From assembly GCA_016234265.1 (NCBI GenBank), contig JACRFW010000054.1, positions 1-49,236 on the forward strand: a stretch of DNA of 49,236 nt, in the 5' to 3' direction. Below are positions 44,000 through 49,236 of this stretch, in pieces. Under the pieces are notes generated by a model. The model was not told the DNA's origin, searched no databases, and saw nothing but the letters and a program-made list of their open reading frames with translations. Both the position numbers and the translations under genes were made by a program. How positions within the stretch are numbered: the stretch's first letter is position 1; every line of letters begins with the position of its first letter. This DNA is from Candidatus Magasanikiibacteriota bacterium (GTDB lineage Bacteria; Patescibacteriota; Patescibacteriia; Magasanikbacterales; GWA2-37-8).

Positions 44000-45304
44000 T
44001 TATTCTCTCACTACAGTAATATCGGCGCCGGCTTGGTTTAATGTCTCATAGAGATTCTCGTAACCGCGGTCTATCTCATAGGTGTTGCGCAAGACCGACC
44101 GGCCTTTGGCCCCCAGCATCGCGATGAGGATGTTCACGGCCGGCCGGAGCGCCGGCGGGCAGACGACTTCGTTAGCGACCAACTTGGTTGGTCCTTCTAT
44201 CCAGACCCGGTGCGGGTCAAGCAGGGTGACTTTCACGCCGAGTTTCTGTAATTCCAAATGATACACCGCCCGATTTTCAAACGCCCAATCATGAACGAGC
44301 GTCCGCCCCTTGGCGAGAGCGAGAATGGGCACGAAGAGGGGCAGGTTATCCATATTCAAACCCGGGAAGGGCCGGCCTTCAATTTTGTCCGGCAGCGCCA
44401 CCAGAGTGCTCGGCTGAATAAATACATCCACCACCGCAAATTTGCCGTTTTCCGAATGACGCTTGTTTTTTATCGTCAAGCGCGCGCCCATTTTCTGCAG
44501 TTTATAGAGCTCAAGTTCCAGAAACTCCAGCGGACAATTCTTGATGGTGACGGTGGAGCGGGTGACGAGGCCGGCCGCGATATAAGTCATAGCCACAATC
44601 GGATCGGGCATGATGCTATACTCTTTCACCGCCTGCAGTTTTTTTACGCCCACAATGGTGAGGGTAGTGGTACCGATGCCGGAAATTTTGGCACCGGCCT
44701 GATTGAGGAAATAGCACAAATCTTGCACCTGATAATTGGCTGAGGCCATTTTGATGGTGGAAGCGCCCGGCGCGAGCACGGCCGCCAAGACGGCATTGGC
44801 TGTGGCCGTGTCGCCAGATTCGTACATAACAATGGCAGCGGCGCGCAACGGATGATTTACCACCTCGTAATAACGGTCACGAGAGAGAATGGCCACGCCA
44901 AAATTTTCCAAAGCATAGAGATGCGGCCGGACGGTGCGATGGCCCAATTTACAGCCGCCGGATTTGTAGATTTTGTACCCTTTCTCCCGGGCCGCCAAAG
45001 CGCCAAACAGCAAGAGCGATGCGCGGGTCTTTTCGGAAGCAGGGCGATCAATAGCCGCAAGCCGCAAAGGGGCGGAGGAATCCAGAACGACTGTCCCGGG
45101 TTTGCTGTCATCAACTTGTACGCCGATGCTTTTCAACAGCTCAATGATACGATAGACTTCCTCAATCTGCGGAACCGCTGTCAGCACTACCCGCCCACGC
45201 ACGGCCGCGGCGGCGCACAAAATGGCCACGGCGGAGTTCTTGGCGGACTGGTTTTGAATGGCGCCGTGGAGTTTCCGGCCACCATTTATTACGACGTAAG
45301 ACAT
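44000..45304 (-). CDS. murA: UDP-N-acetylglucosamine 1-carboxyvinyltransferase
   Basis: AKNSAV, GGCKLGHR, PFPG, IDRGYE. Confidence 0.93.
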   Translation of the reverse strand: MSYVVINGGRKLHGAIQNQSAKNSAVAILCAAAAVRGRVVLTAVPQIEEVYRIIELLKSIGVQVDDSKPGTVVLDSSAPLRLAAIDRPASEKTRASLLLFGALAAREKGYKIYKSGGCKLGHRTVRPHLYALENFGVAILSRDRYYEVVNHPLRAAAIVMYESGDTATANAVLAAVLAPGASTIKMASANYQVQDLCYFLNQAGAKISGIGTTTLTIVGVKKLQAVKEYSIMPDPIVAMTYIAAGLVTRSTVTIKNCPLEFLELELYKLQKMGARLTIKNKRHSENGKFAVVDVFIQPSTLVALPDKIEGRPFPGLNMDNLPLFVPILALAKGRTLVHDWAFENRAVYHLELQKLGVKVTLLDPHRVWIEGPTKLVANEVVCPPALRPAVNILIAMLGAKGRSVLRNTYEIDRGYENLYETLNQAGADITVVRE

Positions 45305-45327
45305 AAAAAAGCTTTCCGATATAAGCT

Positions 45328-45356
45328 TTGACGAAGGGCTGATTTTCAGTTATGAT
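45328..45356 (+). promoter_or_regulatory. Sigma-70 promoter
   Basis: TTGACG, 17 nt, TATGAT. Confidence 0.55.
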
Positions 45357-45388
45357 TAAGTATACTTTACTATCAGCGTTTTGACAAT

Positions 45389-46744
45389 ATGGAATACCCG
45401 GGAGCCACGTTCATTCGCCCGTTGCGCCGCGCTGTTTTGTTTCTTTTTATTGCGACATTTTTTATCGCCGCGCCGCTCGTGGTTTTGTACACCACCGGCT
45501 ACCGCTACGACTTTAAAAACGGGCTGTGGCGAGAAACCGGCAGTTTAAGCGTGGACGTGGAGCCGGCAACCGCCCGCGTATCGCTGGATAATTTGGCTCT
45601 GCCCGATGTGCTGCCGATCCGGTTGAAAGATATCATCCCCCATAAATATAATCTAAAAATCAGCGCGCCGGGTTACTATGACTGGCAAAAAGAAATTGAC
45701 ATTAAAAATAAACAAACTACATATATAAAGGAAGTGGTCCTCCTTAAAAAAAGTCAACCCCGGGAAATAGTGCGCGGAAAAGTGAGCGCTCTTGGTGTTT
45801 CGCACGACGGTCAATACCTGCTCTATAGCCTGAATCAGGATACCCATACGCCGATTTTTCTCCGAGACACAGCGACCGGCCAAAACACCATCGTCGCCGA
45901 CTTCCCCGGCCCGGAGCCGCCACAAATAGTATGGGCAAGAAAAAATAACACGGCTGTCATCGCGGCGCCGCAACAGGCTCCTTTTACACGGCTGATGGTG
46001 GTGACCGCCGATAACCTGACCAAGACCCGCGATTTAACACCGGTTGCCGGCGGTCCGATTGCGGCGTTTGAATGGAGAGATTCCGTTGAAGCGGAGCTTT
46101 ACTATAGCACCCCGGGAACGATTGCTTCGTTTTTTCCGATTACCGGTCAAAAACGCACCATCACTAAAAATTCCTATCTGGGCTGGCGCGTTGAGCAAGG
46201 GGGCCTCTGGACATTATCCGCGGCCACCACCACGGCTTCGCTCACCATCACCAAAGACACCATCGGGTTCAGTAAAACTTTTGCCACCGTCCCCCTGCCG
46301 GCGGAGTCGCCCACTATGGCCGACCCGGCACAGTGGCGTCTGCTCTCGGCAGAAAATGACACTGTCCTCTTGGGCAACAAGGCCGCCGCAAAAATGTTCA
46401 TTGTCCGACCGGATAAACAGTTTACCGTTTCAGCCACCGCTCTGTTGCTTTCCCCCTATAACCATTGGTGGCTGCTCTCGTCGCCCTCCGAGCTCTGGAC
46501 CTACAGCGACGGTGACGAACCGTATCTGCTGACCCGCTCCGGCGAATCGCTCCGCGGGGTCGCGCCGCTTGATCAATATAACACCTTAGCCATTTATTCC
46601 GATAAAACAGTGTCGTTCATCTTTCCGTACTATCTGGTCCAGCATGACATGGTGAAGCATGGAGTGGCCGCGCTCTCAGCCGACACGACTAATCGGGTGC
46701 TCTATTTTGGCGATCAAAACGGTTTGTGGTCACTAACATACTAA
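45389..46744 (+). CDS. PEGA-domain membrane-anchored protein with probable beta-propeller
   Basis: TM helix, GYRYD...TGSLSV..EP, ISAPGYYDWQK. Confidence 0.8.
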   Translation: MEYPGATFIRPLRRAVLFLFIATFFIAAPLVVLYTTGYRYDFKNGLWRETGSLSVDVEPATARVSLDNLALPDVLPIRLKDIIPHKYNLKISAPGYYDWQKEIDIKNKQTTYIKEVVLLKKSQPREIVRGKVSALGVSHDGQYLLYSLNQDTHTPIFLRDTATGQNTIVADFPGPEPPQIVWARKNNTAVIAAPQQAPFTRLMVVTADNLTKTRDLTPVAGGPIAAFEWRDSVEAELYYSTPGTIASFFPITGQKRTITKNSYLGWRVEQGGLWTLSAATTTASLTITKDTIGFSKTFATVPLPAESPTMADPAQWRLLSAENDTVLLGNKAAAKMFIVRPDKQFTVSATALLLSPYNHWWLLSSPSELWTYSDGDEPYLLTRSGESLRGVAPLDQYNTLAIYSDKTVSFIFPYYLVQHDMVKHGVAALSADTTNRVLYFGDQNGLWSLTY

Positions 46745-46748
46745 GACT

Positions 46749-47150
46749 ATGAAACTCATCACCTATACCGATGGCGGCGCGCGCGGCAACCCCGGGCCGG
46801 CCGCCGCGGGTATCGTGGTAAAAAACGAGGACGGCGAGGTGCTCGCCTCATTCGGACTCTACCTCGGCAACCAGACGAATAACTTTGCCGAATACACCGC
46901 GCTTCTTGAAGCTCTGAAAAAAGCCAAAGAACTGGGCGCGACCGAAGTAGATTGTGTTTTGGATAGCGAACTGGTGGTCAAACAGATGCGCGGCGAGTAC
47001 AAAGTGAAAGAACCGACGCTACAGAAATTGTTTGTCCAGGTCTACAATAAAGCCCAGCAGTTCAAAAAGGTCACCTACCGCCATGTACTCCGCCACCTGA
47101 ACAAGGAAGCGGACAAAGAAGTGAACAAGGCGCTGGACGAAAATGTCTAA
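46749..47150 (+). CDS. rnhA: Ribonuclease HI family protein
   Basis: TDGGARGNPG, TNNFAEY, DSELVV, NKEAD. Confidence 0.92.
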   Translation: MKLITYTDGGARGNPGPAAAGIVVKNEDGEVLASFGLYLGNQTNNFAEYTALLEALKKAKELGATEVDCVLDSELVVKQMRGEYKVKEPTLQKLFVQVYNKAQQFKKVTYRHVLRHLNKEADKEVNKALDENV

Positions 47151-49033
47151 TAGTTCATCGTCCGGTAGACCAAGGGCAAGTCACCACCCATGGCAGTAAT
47201 ATCGCTCGTCACGCCGTCAGTCCAATGTATGCCCGCCGGCGGTAAACGGATGGAGAGCAAGCCGTTGGCGGTCGCATCGGTGGTATCAAGGGTTATAAAA
47301 AACGTCTTTGACGCGCCGGCGGAAATATCAACATCAGTCATTGCGCTATCGGTAAAACTCGCCAGTTGCGCCTTTCCCGGGGCGGCGCTCCAGACCACTT
47401 GCCCCAGAGGGGTGGTAGTCAGGTTATCTTTATATACGGTGAGATAGCGGGTACCAGAGGCCATAGAGAATGTGGAAATCAATTCCGGATTCATATATTT
47501 TATCTGGGCCATATAGAGCCCGGCATTGGCCAGGTTGGTAATCATAATTTTCCCAACCACCTGGCTGGCACTGGGCGCCGAGGCGCCGGTGGGCGAATCC
47601 GGTATCCAGGCGACAGTCAATTTTTGCCGGTAGAGAGTCAGGGCGGCGCCGTAGGAGCCGGGCGGGCTGCCAGCCGGAGCGCCCATACTCACTACTGCCG
47701 GAGCGACAGTATCGCCCGAAGCCGCGCCGGCGGCGACAATAGGATTCGCTGAACCGATGGCGGAGAGAATGGCGGGAGTAACGGTCTGGCCGGTGGTGGT
47801 AAAGCCGCCTTCCATATATGAAGTAAAATCAACTTTGAGAGCAATCGTTTTTGAGGTTCCCGCCGGAATGCTCAAGGTATCGGAATAAAATGTGGCATGC
47901 TTATAATTTGGCAGCGTGGTGGATGCGCCGGCAACAGTGTCACTTAAGGCCGGCACGGCCGAACCGATCTGCGCCTCCGTGAGATCATCCACCACACGGA
48001 CGTTTCGGACAGCGCTACCGGCGCCATTTCCGGCGACGAGAAAGCTAACCGTCAGTTGTTTTACATGGACTGCTTCGTTTGGTCCGGCGCTCAATTTAAA
48101 TCGGGCAACCACTTGATCGGTCGCGCCCATGATATAGTTGGTGGCCGGCGGGCTGTCCGCTGCAGTCTGCGCGGCAAGAGTGCCGCCGCCAGCGATATAA
48201 TCGGCCTGAAGCGGCAAATGGAGATTGCTCAGGCTCATATCGTTGCCGGTCACGTCGCTGACCGCGTTAACCTGTTCAACGGTGAAAAGCGGCATTGGAC
48301 TGGGCGTAACGGCAGTAAGATCGGCCAACACATCTACCACATACCGCGTGTTGGCCCGAATCAGCGCTCCGGGCCTAAAGCTAAAGGCATAGGCCGGGCA
48401 GGCGGCAGAGGGAATCACGGTGCTGGATTGCTGATTGGCATAGCCCCGAAGAACAATATTATCCACATACCGGGCGGTGCAGGCCCCAGAGGCATCACGG
48501 AGCACAACGCTATCTACGAGCGCATCGTCGCTTACCGGCGCGGTGATTATAAAAGAAGCGACTTTTACCAGGGTGGCGCGCAGCATGCCCGTCGGGTTGG
48601 CCACCGTGCCGTCGCTGACAGCGGTATTTTTTGAAACCTCAATTTTATTTTTATTCACGGCGTAGGACAGGTCTTTCACGAGCGTGGCCACAAAACCAAC
48701 ACGCTGCTTCGCTCCGGTTATTTCCAGCGAATGCCCGGCAGCGAGCGCCGACAGCGCGATGGCGACTCCATTCTTATCCAAAAATCTCGTGGACAGCGTG
48801 GTATTCACCGTGACAGCAGACTTTGTCCGCCCAGAAACAACGACCACTAAAGACACCGTGCCGTTCGCGGCGGCTTGTTTTGATTTTAAAACGCCTTGGA
48901 TGGTGGTGACGCCCAGCACGCGCCCGCCGGCAGAATCACCGGCGATGTCCTGGTCTAAATTCACCAAAGCAACGCTCGCCACGAGCGCCAGCGCGACCAC
49001 AGCAGTGCCGATAACAAAAAATTTACTCCTCAT
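47147..49033 (-). CDS. Secreted/surface beta-rich protein (DUF5666-like N-domain, Ig-like repeats)
   Basis: Signal/TM segment, Ala/Thr/Ser/Val-rich, repeated IxAGxSKT motifs; start MRSKF at 49033. Confidence 0.7.
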   Translation of the reverse strand: MRSKFFVIGTAVVALALVASVALVNLDQDIAGDSAGGRVLGVTTIQGVLKSKQAAANGTVSLVVVVSGRTKSAVTVNTTLSTRFLDKNGVAIALSALAAGHSLEITGAKQRVGFVATLVKDLSYAVNKNKIEVSKNTAVSDGTVANPTGMLRATLVKVASFIITAPVSDDALVDSVVLRDASGACTARYVDNIVLRGYANQQSSTVIPSAACPAYAFSFRPGALIRANTRYVVDVLADLTAVTPSPMPLFTVEQVNAVSDVTGNDMSLSNLHLPLQADYIAGGGTLAAQTAADSPPATNYIMGATDQVVARFKLSAGPNEAVHVKQLTVSFLVAGNGAGSAVRNVRVVDDLTEAQIGSAVPALSDTVAGASTTLPNYKHATFYSDTLSIPAGTSKTIALKVDFTSYMEGGFTTTGQTVTPAILSAIGSANPIVAAGAASGDTVAPAVVSMGAPAGSPPGSYGAALTLYRQKLTVAWIPDSPTGASAPSASQVVGKIMITNLANAGLYMAQIKYMNPELISTFSMASGTRYLTVYKDNLTTTPLGQVVWSAAPGKAQLASFTDSAMTDVDISAGASKTFFITLDTTDATANGLLSIRLPPAGIHWTDGVTSDITAMGGDLPLVYRTMNY

Positions 49034-49107
49034 AAAACTATAGTTAAAAACAATACCTTTAGTATAGCACAAAAAGTGACCAATAGTGTATACCGTAATG
49101 ACCTCCT

Positions 49108-49147
49108 CCCCGGGTTCCGTCCGCTTCGTCGCGGACTACACCCGGGG
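49108..49147. repeat. Intergenic nested palindrome
   Basis: CCCCGGG...GTCCGC-ttcgtc-GCGGAC...CCCGGGG. Confidence 0.5.
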
Positions 49148-49236
49148 TTTCCTGTTCGACGGCATGAGAACCAACACTCAGGCCTTTTTGTTTTTGTAGT
49201 TAAATAAGGTGATCGTCTGGGGCTTCTCCTTCTTAC

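Noticed and set aside
49178..49236. Possible 3' end of a minus-strand gene (KKEKPQTITLFNYKNKKA*)
   Set aside because: Too short at the window edge to support a call

Overview
Bacterial chromosomal window of about 50 genes. Gene content and style (compact operons, mostly Shine-Dalgarno-less T-ATG starts, near-consensus sigma-70 promoters, PEGA/DUF192/membrane-anchored Clp/VirB4-like genes) suggest a Patescibacteria (CPR) genome; this is inference. Housekeeping genes include dnaB-ybaB-recR, rplU, mraZ-rsmH-ftsL-like, murJ-lepA-recJ, pyrG, rplI, era, an S41 protease, murA and RNase HI, plus a glycosyltransferase cluster. No rRNA, tRNA, CRISPR array or transposase was recognised. Three things stand out. 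(1) At 41.7-42.65 kb a stand-alone orphan gene has all 162 codons ending in G or C and a GAGGAG Shine-Dalgarno, yet sits between a native-type promoter, long structured 5' and 3' UTRs and a native-family terminator, as if written for a high-GC host's translation system. (2) Several families of small palindromic REP/RPE/dRS3-like elements fill intergenic spaces and have also inserted in frame into lepA (twice), recJ, rsmH and other genes. (3) A shuffled PEP-synthase/PEP-utilizer fragment locus (0.8-4.0 kb) surrounds an AAA ATPase gene whose promoter carries a perfect 28-bp palindrome.
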